A stretch of DNA of 64,000 bases from an uncultured Acidobacteriota bacterium (GCA_963828465.1 CAWHEU010000022.1:416001-480000), one strand, 5' to 3'. Counted from the first letter of the stretch, positions 48,927-59,249 are shown. Made by a program: numbers and translations. The notes: generated by a model from the letters alone, not told the origin.

Positions 48927-49898
48927 TCATGGGGTCACCACGACCCTCCCCACGACTTTGCGATCGGCCACCCAGCGGAGGGCCTGCACCGCTTCGTCGA
49001 GGGGAAAAGTCTTCTGTACCAGGGGGCGGAGGGTGCCATCGGCCACCCAGTCCATGACCATCCGGTTGTTATCTGCGCTCCGGGCGGGCTCTTCGATGTT
49101 GAACCGGCCCCAGAACACACCCACCACCGAGTTCCCCTTGACCAGGGTCAGGTTCAATGGGATCTGCGGGATATCACCCGAGGTGAATCCGACTACCAGG
49201 AGGCGACCATTCCAGTTGGTGGAGCGAAGGGCCAGCTCAGTGGCAGGGCCGCCTACCGGGTCGTAGACCACGTCCACTCCTGCTCCCGATGTGGCTGCGG
49301 CGATGCCGTCGCGCAGAGGAACCTGGTCATAGCGGATGACCTCGTCCGCACCGGCGTCTCGTGCCACCTCGGCTTTCTCATCGGAGGATACGGCCGCGAT
49401 CACCATGGCTCCGAGCGCCTTGCCGATCTGTACGGCGGCGATGCCGACACCCCCGGCGGCGCCCAGCACGAGCAGCGTCTCGTCAGCCCTCAGGCCGGCC
49501 CGGTCGACCAGAGCGTGATAGGAAGTGCCATACGCGACCGGGATGGCCGCCCCGACCTCGAATTCGATGTGGTCGGGCAGCCGGGTGATGGCCCCAGGAA
49601 AGGCGGTGGCGCGCTCCGCCATCGCTCCTGTCCCCACGAACCCCACCACCCGGTCACCTGGTTCGAAATCACCCAGACCGTCGGCCGACTCGACGACACC
49701 GGCGAATTCGTTGCCGGGGACGAATGGAAGCTCCGGCCTGATCTGATACTGGCCGGCCACCACCAGAAGGTCTTGAAAGTTCACCGCTGCGGCCTTGACG
49801 GCTACCACGGCAGTCCCACGGAGTGGTGTCGGATCGGGCATCTCGCCGACCCGGAGGGCGTCCAAACCGTCGTAGCTGTCGCAGATCAGGGCGCGCAT
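48927..49898 (-). CDS. NADPH:quinone oxidoreductase (zeta-crystallin/MDR family)
   Basis: VNFQD, PFVPG.E, GAAGGVG, DPVGG, VVGF.SG. Confidence 0.92.
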   Translation of the reverse strand: MRALICDSYDGLDALRVGEMPDPTPLRGTAVVAVKAAAVNFQDLLVVAGQYQIRPELPFVPGNEFAGVVESADGLGDFEPGDRVVGFVGTGAMAERATAFPGAITRLPDHIEFEVGAAIPVAYGTSYHALVDRAGLRADETLLVLGAAGGVGIAAVQIGKALGAMVIAAVSSDEKAEVARDAGADEVIRYDQVPLRDGIAAATSGAGVDVVYDPVGGPATELALRSTNWNGRLLVVGFTSGDIPQIPLNLTLVKGNSVVGVFWGRFNIEEPARSADNNRMVMDWVADGTLRPLVQKTFPLDEAVQALRWVADRKVVGRVVVTP

Positions 49899-49946
49899 GG
49901 ATCAAGCCTACGGACATCGCTCGTCCCTCTCTGACACAATCGGGGG

Positions 49947-50624
49947 GTGCCTATCGAGCCCATGCCGTCCAGGTTCGAGCTTCCTGACCCGAGCTCGGGA
50001 GACGGTGATGTGGTGGCCGTAGGCGCCGACCTCGAGCCTGGCACCTTGCTCCAGGGATATCGCAGGGGCCTCTTCCCAATGGGCCTGCCCGATGGGCATC
50101 TCGGATGGTGGTCGCCGGTCGAGCGGGCGATCCTCCCCTTGCGCGGGCTCCACATCAGCCGGTCGCTACGTCAATCGACCAGGCGCTTCCAGGTTTCGGT
50201 GGATGCCGATTTCGAGGGTGTCATTCGGGGCTGTGCCGATTCGAGGCGAAGGGATCCCTGGATCACCGGAGACTTCGTGGAGGCCTACACGACGCTGCAC
50301 CGGTTGGGGTGGGCACATTCCGTGGAGGTCTGGGACAACGAGGGCAGCCTGGTCGGGGGTCTCTATGGCGTCGCGATCGGTGGCCTCTTTGCCGGCGAGT
50401 CGATGTTCCACGAGGTTCGGGACGCATCGAAGGTCGCCCTGGTGCATCTCGTGGTGGTGATGAACCGGGGTGGCGGCAGCTTGCTCGATGTTCAATGGCA
50501 GACGCCGCACCTCGAGTCGCTCGGGGCGGTCGTGATCGGGCGTGATGCCTACTTGGGCAAACTGGATGAAGCCCTCAGCGGGCCGGAAGTGTTCGACTCG
50601 GCCTACGAGAGCGACAGCTTCTAG
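49947..50624 (+). CDS. aat: Leucyl/phenylalanyl-tRNA--protein transferase
   Basis: Y..GLFPM, WWSP..R, AHSVEVW, GGLYGV, GESMF, ASKVAL, T.HL.SLGA. Confidence 0.95.
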   Translation: MPIEPMPSRFELPDPSSGDGDVVAVGADLEPGTLLQGYRRGLFPMGLPDGHLGWWSPVERAILPLRGLHISRSLRQSTRRFQVSVDADFEGVIRGCADSRRRDPWITGDFVEAYTTLHRLGWAHSVEVWDNEGSLVGGLYGVAIGGLFAGESMFHEVRDASKVALVHLVVVMNRGGGSLLDVQWQTPHLESLGAVVIGRDAYLGKLDEALSGPEVFDSAYESDSF

Positions 50625-50664
50625 GGACTCACCGCTAGAGTCGATTGCCAGTCCTGGAGGAGCG

Positions 50665-51519
50665 TTGCGGGCCGTCGTTGCCGGAGTCGATTTGACCGCC
50701 ATGGGGCGGCGCGTAGCCGAACGGGCCGGGATGATGGCTGAGTCGTCAGGCGTCCCCTTGCACTTGCTCCACGTCCTGGAACCTGTCGGTGAGGCGATGA
50801 TCGAGCCTTCGCTGGCACGCTTGATGCGCGAGTACCAGACGACCGAAGCCTCCAAGCTCGCGGAATGGGCCAGGGGGAAGACCGGGGTCGAGGTCGACCT
50901 GGAGGTGGTCAAGGGCTCACCCTCATGGGAGCTGACAGCGAGAGGCAAGAGCGCCGACCTGGTGGTGGTCGGGTCGTCGTCTATCAATGCCTTCTCCGTA
51001 GGCCCGGTGGCCAAGCGCGTGGCCCGCAAGACCACCACGGACACTCTTCTGGTGCGCCGTCAGCCACGCGTGCCGTATCGAAAGGTGATCGCCGCGGTGG
51101 ACTTTTCCGAGCACTCTCGAGTGGCGGTGAATCGGGCCCTGGCCCTGTTCCCGGACGCCGATACCACGGCTCTCTACTCGATGCCGTCGCGGTTCGACAC
51201 GATGCTTGCCAGCGCCGGCTTGTTCAGCGAGGAGCTCGAGGCCTCACGCGGCTCACGTTTACGAATGGCGCAGGAGCGCATGGAGGACTTCACGGCCCAA
51301 TGGGATGGCGATATCAGGACGCTGGTCGTCGACGGCCCGCCTACCGAGACAATCGAGGAGGTCGTGAGGAGGAGAGGGGCCGATCTAGTCATCGTGGCAA
51401 GCCGGGGCGCCAGCGCCACCAGGATGGTCCTGCTGGGGACGGTGGCAGAGGGTCTGGTCACCGAGGCGCCTTGTGATGTGCTCGTGGCTCGGGCCAGAGC
51501 CCCATTCCGGCGGCCCTGA
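50665..51519 (+). CDS. Tandem universal stress protein
   Basis: Two USP domains (VVAGVD..., IAAVDFS...G.SRG...LLGTVAE); SD GGAGG before TTG 50665. Confidence 0.88.
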   Translation: MRAVVAGVDLTAMGRRVAERAGMMAESSGVPLHLLHVLEPVGEAMIEPSLARLMREYQTTEASKLAEWARGKTGVEVDLEVVKGSPSWELTARGKSADLVVVGSSSINAFSVGPVAKRVARKTTTDTLLVRRQPRVPYRKVIAAVDFSEHSRVAVNRALALFPDADTTALYSMPSRFDTMLASAGLFSEELEASRGSRLRMAQERMEDFTAQWDGDIRTLVVDGPPTETIEEVVRRRGADLVIVASRGASATRMVLLGTVAEGLVTEAPCDVLVARARAPFRRP

Positions 51520-51524
51520 AGCCT

Positions 51525-52880
51525 CTACGCCTCCACCGAGGGGAAGCTGAGTGTGAACGTCGTGCCCGACGACGATGATTCGACAGCGATGTCTCCACCG
51601 CTCCGAGTGACGATGGTGTGGACGGTGTGAAGACCCAGACCCGTGCCTTGTCCCGGATCCTTGGTGGTGAAGAAAGGATCAAAGATCCGCTGACTCACCT
51701 CCGGGTCGATGCCCGGGCCTGTGTCTGAGATCCGCACATTCACCGCTCCGTTTTCCCGCCCCGCCTCGATCGTCAGAGTTCCCGACCCGTTCATGGCATC
51801 GGCGGCATTGTCGATGAGGTTGGTCCAGACCTGATTGAGATCACGTCCGGAGGCCTCGATGGCAGGCAGATCCGGCTCTATGTCCACAACGGTCTCGATG
51901 CCCCGGAGCTTGTGTTTGAGCAAGATCAGTGTGTCTCTGATCCCCTCGGTTGGATTGATGTGCTGCACCGGCCCTTGGTCGAGATACGAGTAGTTCTTCA
52001 CTACCCGAACCAACTCAGAGATGCGGCCGGCGGCGATCCGGACCTCATTGATCAACTGAGAAGCGAGGACACGCAGGCCGAGCCAGCGCATGAACTTGGT
52101 CGCGGTTTCGGGGTCCAGACCATCGGTGGTCTCCTCGAGCAACTCGAGATCCCATCCGTCCTCGACAAGGGCCGGGGCGATCTCCCAGGCATCGGGGACT
52201 CCGAGATCCTCGAGCCATGTCGCTACGCCATCCTCGAGCGCCGATCTGGCCAGGGGATCCATCGAGTCGGGTTTGGCCGGAACGGGGATGGGCCGGCTGA
52301 GGAGCTCACCGATCCCGGAGAGAAGGATCGTGGCGTCGCCGAGATCCACATAGACCTCTTCAGCACGGGCCATGCTCCGCCCCACGGCGGCAGCCGGGTT
52401 GTTCAGCTCATGCATGAGTTGGGCCGCCATGCGGCCCAACGCGGCCATCCTCTCCTCATGACGGAGTGTGTCCTCGATGCCGCGCAGACGAGAGGTGACC
52501 GTGCGAAACATCCGGCGTACCACTCGAGAGTCTTCGATCAAGTCCTCGAATGCGTTGGCCGGGATCCTGATCAGGGATGACTTCGATACGGCGGTGACAC
52601 TCGCTGTCCTTGGCGCGTTGTCGAGCAAGGCGATCTCGCCAACCACCTCACCCGGTCCGAGGGTGGCCAGGACCACCTCTCGGTCGGTCCCCATCTTTGT
52701 CACCCGCAACTCTCCGTCCACGATCACGAACATGTCCTCGGAGAGAGAATCCTCCTCGATGATCGTCGTCTCCGCCGCGACCTCAATCCTCTCCGACTCC
52801 CTGCAAACCTGGTCGAGAAGGCCCTGCGGGAGATCGGCGAAATAGGGGAGACCGCGCAGGACCTCTGCGATGTCGCTCAA
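51525..52880 (-). CDS. cNMP-binding histidine kinase
   Basis: GEIALL..PRTASV; H-box HELNNP; N, G1, F, G2 boxes NLIDNA, DTGPGI, FDPFFTTK, GTGLGL. Confidence 0.92.
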   Translation of the reverse strand: MSDIAEVLRGLPYFADLPQGLLDQVCRESERIEVAAETTIIEEDSLSEDMFVIVDGELRVTKMGTDREVVLATLGPGEVVGEIALLDNAPRTASVTAVSKSSLIRIPANAFEDLIEDSRVVRRMFRTVTSRLRGIEDTLRHEERMAALGRMAAQLMHELNNPAAAVGRSMARAEEVYVDLGDATILLSGIGELLSRPIPVPAKPDSMDPLARSALEDGVATWLEDLGVPDAWEIAPALVEDGWDLELLEETTDGLDPETATKFMRWLGLRVLASQLINEVRIAAGRISELVRVVKNYSYLDQGPVQHINPTEGIRDTLILLKHKLRGIETVVDIEPDLPAIEASGRDLNQVWTNLIDNAADAMNGSGTLTIEAGRENGAVNVRISDTGPGIDPEVSQRIFDPFFTTKDPGQGTGLGLHTVHTIVTRSGGDIAVESSSSGTTFTLSFPSVEA

Positions 52881-54532
52881 AGCCCGGCCAGGTGGTTGTG
52901 GACGAAGCGAATAGCAGTGGCGCCCTCCCCAACAGCCCCGGCAACCCGCTTGATGGAGCCATGCCGGACGTCGCCGGCGGCAAAGATCCCGGGCACGCTC
53001 GTCTCTAGGGGGAGAGGGTCGCGTTCGACATTCCACCCCTTCAACGGCCCGAGATCTTCCCCGGTGAGGATGAAGCCCCGCTCGTCGAGTTGGACGACGT
53101 CGGCCAGCCAGTCGGTGTGTGCCGTCTGCCCGATGAAGATGAAGATCGCCCCGGCGTCGACTGGCTCCTCTTTCTCCGTCTTCCGGTTTCGCAGTACCAG
53201 ACCGGTCAGGTGAGTGTCTCCCGTGGCCGACACGACCTGGGTGTTGGGACGGACATGGACCGCCGGGTTGGCTTCGATGTTGTCGATCAGGTACTTCGAC
53301 ATCGTGGCGGTGAGGTCGTCGTCCCTGATCATGATCGTGACCGAGTCCGTGAACCTGGACAAGAACAGCGCCGCCTGGCCTGCTGAGTTCCCCCCGCCCA
53401 CGACATACATCGGCTGGTCCTTGTGATTGGCGGCCTCGATGTTGGAGGTCCCGTAGTAGACGCCGGCGCCGAGGAGTGGCTCCAGGCCTTCGGCGGTCAG
53501 TGTCCGGTAGGAGACTCCGGAGGCGACCACCATCGCCTTGCAGGTCACCGTCGTCCCGTCGGCCAGATGGACCACGATGAACGGGTCCTTCCTGGTCAGC
53601 TTTGTGACGGTTCCGGGGACGAGGATCTCAGCTCCAAGACGCTCGGCCTGGGCAGTGGCCCGGCGGGCGAGATCGCTCCCGCTGAGGCCTTTGGGGAAGC
53701 CCAGATAGTTCTCGATGAGAGAGCTCTGCCCGGCCTGGCCCCCGGGAGCCTCTTCCTCGATGAGAAGGGTGCTGAGGCCTTCCGATGCCGCGTACACGGC
53801 GGCGGCAAGCCCGGCGGGCCCTCCGCCGATGATGACCACGTCGTACACCTCCGAGGTGGCATGAGTTTTCAGGCCGACCCGGTCGGCGATCTGAGAGGGC
53901 GTTGGTTTGAAGAGTGGCGGGCCGTCACCGAACAGAACGATGGGGAGATCGGTCATAGTTGCCCCGGCCTCTTCGGTCAGGACCCACGCCTGTGGGTCCT
54001 GCTCGATGTCAAGCGATCGGTAGGGGATTTGGTTGCGAGCCAGGAAGGCCTTGAGATCGTGGGCGGCGCGGGACCATTGCTGTCCGATGACCCTGATCCC
54101 TTCGAACCGTGGCCGGTAGGCCGCCATCCAGTCCTCGAGGAGGTCATCGAGGATCGGATAGAGCTTCTCCTCGGGAGGATCCCACGGCTTCATGATGTAG
54201 TGATCGAGGCCAACGTCGTTGATGGCCTGGATGGCGGCCTCCGTGTCGGCATACGCAGTGAGCAGTGCTCGCTTGGCGGACGGATGGAGCTCGAGGGTTT
54301 CCCGGAGCACATCGATCCCGGTAACGCCGGGCATTCGCTGATCGACGAGCATCAGGGCGACCGGTGTGTCCTGTAATGCGAGGGAGCGGAGTGTGTCGAT
54401 CGCCTCCTGCCCACCACTGGCCCAGACGATCCGGTAGTCCGATGCATATCGGGATCGAAGATCGCGTTGCACCGCCTGGACGACTTCGGGCTCGTCGTCG
54501 ACCGCGATGATGACCGGTTTGACCTCGGTCAC
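52877..54532 (-). CDS. Receiver domain / thioredoxin-reductase-like fusion
   Basis: REC VDDE, DQRMP, LTA, KPW; FAD GGGPAG, IENYLGFP, GGGNSAGQ, AAGDVR; CxxC absent. Confidence 0.9.
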   Translation of the reverse strand: MTEVKPVIIAVDDEPEVVQAVQRDLRSRYASDYRIVWASGGQEAIDTLRSLALQDTPVALMLVDQRMPGVTGIDVLRETLELHPSAKRALLTAYADTEAAIQAINDVGLDHYIMKPWDPPEEKLYPILDDLLEDWMAAYRPRFEGIRVIGQQWSRAAHDLKAFLARNQIPYRSLDIEQDPQAWVLTEEAGATMTDLPIVLFGDGPPLFKPTPSQIADRVGLKTHATSEVYDVVIIGGGPAGLAAAVYAASEGLSTLLIEEEAPGGQAGQSSLIENYLGFPKGLSGSDLARRATAQAERLGAEILVPGTVTKLTRKDPFIVVHLADGTTVTCKAMVVASGVSYRTLTAEGLEPLLGAGVYYGTSNIEAANHKDQPMYVVGGGNSAGQAALFLSRFTDSVTIMIRDDDLTATMSKYLIDNIEANPAVHVRPNTQVVSATGDTHLTGLVLRNRKTEKEEPVDAGAIFIFIGQTAHTDWLADVVQLDERGFILTGEDLGPLKGWNVERDPLPLETSVPGIFAAGDVRHGSIKRVAGAVGEGATAIRFVHNHLAGL

Positions 54533-54789
54533 CGTGCCACCACCGCGTCGGGGAAGCAGTATTTCCAGGTCTCGCCAGGCTCCACCGAGCGTATCAGCGG
54601 GTGTCCCTCACGCTCCCAGTGTTTTCGGGCATGACGGTTCCTGGAGGCGTCACAGCATCCGACCCTGCCGCAGGAGAGGCAAGCCCGGAGATGGACCCAT
54701 GTATCGCCCATCTCGACACAGGATTCGCACACCTCGCCCGTCGGCTCGACCGGCACCAGGTCGATGAAGTGCTCGCAAGGCGCATTCAT
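54529..54789 (-). CDS. UBP-type zinc finger protein
   Basis: C.H...C.SC...WVHLR.CL.CG.VGCCD.S..RHA..H...EPGE.W.YC. Confidence 0.9.
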   Translation of the reverse strand: MNAPCEHFIDLVPVEPTGEVCESCVEMGDTWVHLRACLSCGRVGCCDASRNRHARKHWEREGHPLIRSVEPGETWKYCFPDAVVAR

Positions 54790-54903
54790 TTCCGTTGTCT
54801 ACCTCCCAAGCCCGAAGTTAGCGAGAACGGACGCCGCACCCATTCTGGCGCGGAGATCCGACCCTATAGGGTCGGATCTCCGAACCAACACTCGATCAGT
54901 CGG

Positions 54904-55761
54904 TCAGGTGGCGGCGATGGCTTGTTTGAGGGCGCGGGCCACGAACACCTTGGCCAGATGGGTCTTGTACTCCTCCGAGCCGTAGAGGTCTTCGAGAACC
55001 GTGACGCCTTCGAGGGCATGCTCGGCGGCAGCCTTGACTGCCTCGTCGGATCCGTCGGTTCCGACGATGGCATTGACTACTCCGAGGGCGAGTGTGGGCT
55101 TCGTGCCCACACCGGTGAGACCGACACGGGCGTCCTCCACCGTGCCGTTGCTCTTCTTGACCCAGGCGGCGGCGCCGGCGACCGCATAGTCGCTGTGACC
55201 GCCTCGTCTGCCCAGCTTGTCATAGGCGGATGCCTCGCCGGGACCCATCTTGGGGAGCTGGATCTCGACCAGGATCTCGTCCGGCTCCAATGCGGAGGTC
55301 AATGCGTCGACGCAGAACTCGGACGCCTGTATCTCTCTCGTGCCTGAGGAGGAACGGGCGATCATCGTCCCACCGAGGGCGATCACCGCCGCCGGTTGAT
55401 CAGCCGCCACGTCCGAGTGGGCTAGTGAACCGCAGGTCGTGCCGCGATTGCGCACTTGGACGTCACCGGTGAGCGAGGCCGCAGTGGCCAGTGCCGAGGC
55501 ATGGGTGGCGATGAGCGGGTCCGAGGCCGTGGTGCCGTGACGGACCAGAGCCGGGACCGATATGTAGTCGCCCTCGTCGCTGACCGCGTCGAGACCAGGA
55601 ATGCGCCCGATGTCGACGACAACAGCCGGGGAGAAGAGCCGGGTCTTCATCAGCGGGATGAGGCTCATCCCACCCGCCATCACCTTCGAGCCGTCGCCCA
55701 GTGCTCCCAGCGCCTCGTCGAGCGAGGAGGGTGCCACGTATTCGAATTGTCTCGGGTACAT
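54904..55761 (-). CDS. Molybdenum hydroxylase FAD subunit (CoxM-like)
   Basis: AGGMSLIP.MK.R, QVRNRGT.CGS. Confidence 0.92.
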   Translation of the reverse strand: MYPRQFEYVAPSSLDEALGALGDGSKVMAGGMSLIPLMKTRLFSPAVVVDIGRIPGLDAVSDEGDYISVPALVRHGTTASDPLIATHASALATAASLTGDVQVRNRGTTCGSLAHSDVAADQPAAVIALGGTMIARSSSGTREIQASEFCVDALTSALEPDEILVEIQLPKMGPGEASAYDKLGRRGGHSDYAVAGAAAWVKKSNGTVEDARVGLTGVGTKPTLALGVVNAIVGTDGSDEAVKAAAEHALEGVTVLEDLYGSEEYKTHLAKVFVARALKQAIAAT

Positions 55762-55762
55762 G

Positions 55763-58138
55763 TCAGGCCCTCGCTTCCTGCATCGCCTGCCAGACCTTTT
55801 TCGGTCTGACCGGCATGTCGACGTGTTTCACGCCCATCGGAGTGAGGGCGTCCACGACCGCGTTGACGATGGTATGGGCTGAGCCGATGGTGCCCGCCTC
55901 ACCGATCCCCTTCACCCCCATCGGATTGATCGGTGTCGGAGTCACCGTGCGGCTGAGGTCGAAGGAGGGGAGGTCGGTTGCTGTCGGCAACGGATAGTCG
56001 AGAAGCGAACCGGTCAGCATGTTGCCATCCGCGTCATAGATCGCTTCTTCGAACATTGCCTGCCCTATCCCCTGGGCGATACCGCCGTGGATCTGCCCAT
56101 TGACGATCATCGGGTTGATCACCTCGCCGCAGTCATCGACGCCGTGGTACTCCAGGAGTTCGACGTTGCCGGTGTCCGGGTCCACCTCTACCAGGGCAAG
56201 GTGTGTCCCGAAGGGCCAGGTGGCGTTGCCGGGACTGAAGGACGTGTGCGCCTCGAGCCCGCCGTCGACGTCATCAGGGCTGGTGTGAGACTGGTACGCC
56301 GCCTTCGCTATCGCAGCCCAGTCGACACTCTTGTCCGGTGACCCGGCTACATGGGCGCCGCCGTCGACGAACACCATGTCCTCGGCCGAAGCCTCGAGGA
56401 GATGAGCGGCGATCTTGGCCGCCTTCGCCTTGACCACCTTGGTCGCCTCGAACGTTGCGGCCCCGTCCACGGCGATGGAGCGGCTACCGAAGGTGCCGAT
56501 GCCCATCGGATGCTCCCGGGTGTCGCCGTGCAGAACCCTGATGTCCTCCACTGGGATCCCGAGGCCGTCGCCGACGATCTGAGCCCAGGTCGTCTCATGG
56601 CCTTGCCCCGTGGGCCCGGTGCCGATGACCACGGTGACTGTCGCATCCGGATTGACACGGACCAGCCCGGAGCCGTTGAAGGATGCCGGGAGCCCGTAAT
56701 TGCTCCAGGAGAACCCGATATCGGCCAGCACGGCAGGGCCGAATCCGCAGACCTCGACGTAGGAGCCCACTCCGACCCCGACGAGTCGGCCCTCGGCGCG
56801 GGCTTCTTCCTGTCTCTTTCTCATGCCTGCGTAGTCGGACTGGGCGATCAACTTGTCGACGGCTGCCTCGTAGTTGCCAGAGTCGAGGGCGAAGCCGCAA
56901 CCCATGACCGCGGGAAACTCGTCGGGCTGCCAGAAGTTCTTCTTCCGAACCTCGAACGGGTCCATGCCGATCTCGTGGGCAAAGGCGTCGATGATCCGTT
57001 CCAGGTAGTAGATCGCCTCCGGCCGGCCGGCGCCGCGATAGGCGTCGGTGGTCATGGTGTTGGTGACAACGCAAGCGACCGTCCACGAGACGGGCATCTT
57101 GTACTGACCCGACCCGATCCAAAGTCCCAGCAGCGGGATGGCCACGGTGAAGTTCTGGGTGTAGGCGCCCATATCGGCGATTGCATCGAGCTTGTACCCG
57201 AGAAATTCGCCATCCTTGGTTCCGACCAGAGTGGCGGTGCCAAGCCAGCCCCGACCGTGGATGGTCGACCCGGATGCCTCCCGGCGGGTCTCGGTCCACT
57301 TCACGGGGCGTCCCAGCTCTTTGGCTGCGAACGCGGCCAGGATCTCGTCGTTGTAGACGTTCAGCTTGGAGCCGAACCCGCCTCCGACCTCGGGGGCGAT
57401 CACCCTCACCGCAGTGGTCTTCATCCCGAAGGTCGTAGCGATCGCTCCTCCGAGGGCGTGAGGGACCTGAGTCGAGCTGAAGACAGTGAACTGCCCGTAA
57501 CCCTTGTTGTACTCGGCCATAACGGAACGAGGCTCGATGGCGACGGGGATGAGACGCTGGTTGATCATCTCCAGGCTGACGACAACCGCATCCTCCCGTT
57601 CCATGGCGGCGTCGACCTGTGGCGTCTGGTCCTCGAGACCGAGCGCCTCCCAATAGCCGTGATAGGTCCAGGTGTGGATGACGTTCGAGTCGAGCTCGTC
57701 GTGGACCTTCACCTCGTCTGATGCCGCCTTCTTCAGGTCGATGACAGGGGGCAGCACGTCGTAATCGACCTCGACTGCGTCAGCTGCGTCCTGCGCCGAG
57801 TAGCGATCTTCGGCGACCACCATTGCCACAGCCTCGCCGACATGGTTGACCTCACCTGCGGCGAGCAGGGGGCGGAGCTTCCCGATCGGCACCTGCGCCA
57901 CCAGCGGGCCGAGATGAGCCACGTCGTCGTGGGTGTAGATAGCCACGACCCCTGGCATGGCCTTAGCTGCCGAGGTGTCGAGCGAAGTGATCTTCGCTCG
58001 GGCCACTGGAGATCTGACGAACGCGACCTGGACCATGCCCGTGCGAGTCAGATCGTCCACGTACTCCCCGTAGCCCTGGATGAGGGCTGGGTCCTCACGC
58101 CGACGCACGGCCCCGCCCATCACACTCGTGGTAGCCAT
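55763..58138 (-). CDS. Molybdopterin-binding large subunit (form II CoxL-like)
   Basis: GGGFGSK, AYRGAGR, GQGHET, GTFGSRS, KGIGEAG. Confidence 0.92.
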   Translation of the reverse strand: MATTSVMGGAVRRREDPALIQGYGEYVDDLTRTGMVQVAFVRSPVARAKITSLDTSAAKAMPGVVAIYTHDDVAHLGPLVAQVPIGKLRPLLAAGEVNHVGEAVAMVVAEDRYSAQDAADAVEVDYDVLPPVIDLKKAASDEVKVHDELDSNVIHTWTYHGYWEALGLEDQTPQVDAAMEREDAVVVSLEMINQRLIPVAIEPRSVMAEYNKGYGQFTVFSSTQVPHALGGAIATTFGMKTTAVRVIAPEVGGGFGSKLNVYNDEILAAFAAKELGRPVKWTETRREASGSTIHGRGWLGTATLVGTKDGEFLGYKLDAIADMGAYTQNFTVAIPLLGLWIGSGQYKMPVSWTVACVVTNTMTTDAYRGAGRPEAIYYLERIIDAFAHEIGMDPFEVRKKNFWQPDEFPAVMGCGFALDSGNYEAAVDKLIAQSDYAGMRKRQEEARAEGRLVGVGVGSYVEVCGFGPAVLADIGFSWSNYGLPASFNGSGLVRVNPDATVTVVIGTGPTGQGHETTWAQIVGDGLGIPVEDIRVLHGDTREHPMGIGTFGSRSIAVDGAATFEATKVVKAKAAKIAAHLLEASAEDMVFVDGGAHVAGSPDKSVDWAAIAKAAYQSHTSPDDVDGGLEAHTSFSPGNATWPFGTHLALVEVDPDTGNVELLEYHGVDDCGEVINPMIVNGQIHGGIAQGIGQAMFEEAIYDADGNMLTGSLLDYPLPTATDLPSFDLSRTVTPTPINPMGVKGIGEAGTIGSAHTIVNAVVDALTPMGVKHVDMPVRPKKVWQAMQEARA

Positions 58139-58638
58139 CAGTGAGCCTCCTCCCAATCCGGAGCCGCCGGCTCCTCACCCCTCATCTTGGCCCCGGCGTA
58201 TTCCACGGCGCGGACGATGTTGTGATAACCGGTGCAGCGACACAGGTTCCCCTCGATCCCGTGCCGGATCTCGTCCTCAGACGGGTTCGAATTCTCGGCG
58301 AGGAGGGCCGCCGCTGACATGATCATCCCCGGGGTGCAGTAGCCGCATTGGAGGCCGTGGCGTTCCCAGAAACCCTCCTGAACGGGATGAAGCTCGCCGT
58401 TGCTGGCGAGCCCCTCGATGGTCATGACTTCGGCCCCATCGGCCTGAACGGCAAACATCGTGCATGACTTCACGGCTTTGCCGTCGAGATGCACCGTACA
58501 AGCGCCGCAATAGCCGGTCTCGCAACCGACGTGGGTCCCGGTCAGGTTGAGATCCTCACGAATGAAATGAACCAGAAGCGTTCTCGGCTCGACCTCCCCC
58601 GACACCGATCGCCCGTTGACGGTCATGGACACATTCAT
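58138..58638 (-). CDS. 2Fe-2S subunit (CoxS-like)
   Basis: [23 protein letters not shown]. Confidence 0.94.
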   Translation of the reverse strand: MNVSMTVNGRSVSGEVEPRTLLVHFIREDLNLTGTHVGCETGYCGACTVHLDGKAVKSCTMFAVQADGAEVMTIEGLASNGELHPVQEGFWERHGLQCGYCTPGMIMSAAALLAENSNPSEDEIRHGIEGNLCRCTGYHNIVRAVEYAGAKMRGEEPAAPDWEEAH

Positions 58639-58981
58639 GGAGGCCCCTTTCGGTACGACGCCGGAACGCGGCGAAACATATCAAACGGCGTTGGCTCGTG
58701 AAGCCCAGAATGGCCAGGAGGTCAGATGGAGGAGCCCAGGGCGAGACGGTTCCTCTCTCCAACCTCCGTCGCCGCATCGAAATCGGTCACGAGACGGGTG
58801 GCGTAGGTCGCCTTGGTGTTGCCGGCCTGGTCGGACGGGTAGACACCGACCTGGGCTGTGCCGGTGTCATAGAAGATCTGGGGCGAGCCAACCTACAGGC
58901 GGCTAGCCAACGTGTGCCGGTGGCCCGGTCGCGTGGCTGCCACGGGAACTCCGCTCCGGCCCAGGTAACCTGTGGCATCCC

Positions 58982-59056
58982 GGGCCCGTAGCTCAATCCG
59001 GTCAGAGCAGCGGACTCATAATCCGTTGGTTGCAGGTTCAAGTCCTGCCGGGCCCA
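58982..59056 (+). tRNA. tRNA with CAT anticodon, most likely tRNA-Ile2 (lysidine)
   Basis: GGGCCCG acceptor, CGGA-CTCATAA-TCCG anticodon arm, GCAGGTTCAAGTCCTGC T-arm; lacks initiator features. Confidence 0.88.
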
Positions 59057-59072
59057 CAAGAAAGCCCAGGGA

Positions 59073-59249
59073 TTACTTGGGGTTTTCGCTTGCTCTCATC
59101 GCCTCGAACAGGCGTTTGCGGGGCGATTTCCCCGAGGCCACCGCCATGGCACCATCGAGCTTGGCGGCCAGCTCCTGATCGCGGTGGGGAAGATTGTGTC
59201 CGTAGATCTTGGCTCCGCGGACGGGGGTATCGCCATGGGTGAACCTCAC
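59073..59249 (-). pseudogene. Probable tyrosine integrase C-terminal remnant
   Basis: ...AKIYGHNLPHRDQELAAKLDGAM resembles the catalytic-Tyr helix of actinobacterial integrases; points toward the tRNA. Confidence 0.5.

Noticed and set aside
55763-58138. Aerobic CO dehydrogenase (form I coxL)
   Set aside because: Active-site motif is AYRGAGR rather than AYxCSFR, and the gene order is S-L-M.
58982-59056. Initiator tRNA-Met
   Set aside because: G1-C72 is paired and the anticodon stem lacks three consecutive G-C pairs; Ile2 is favoured, though elongator Met is not fully excluded.
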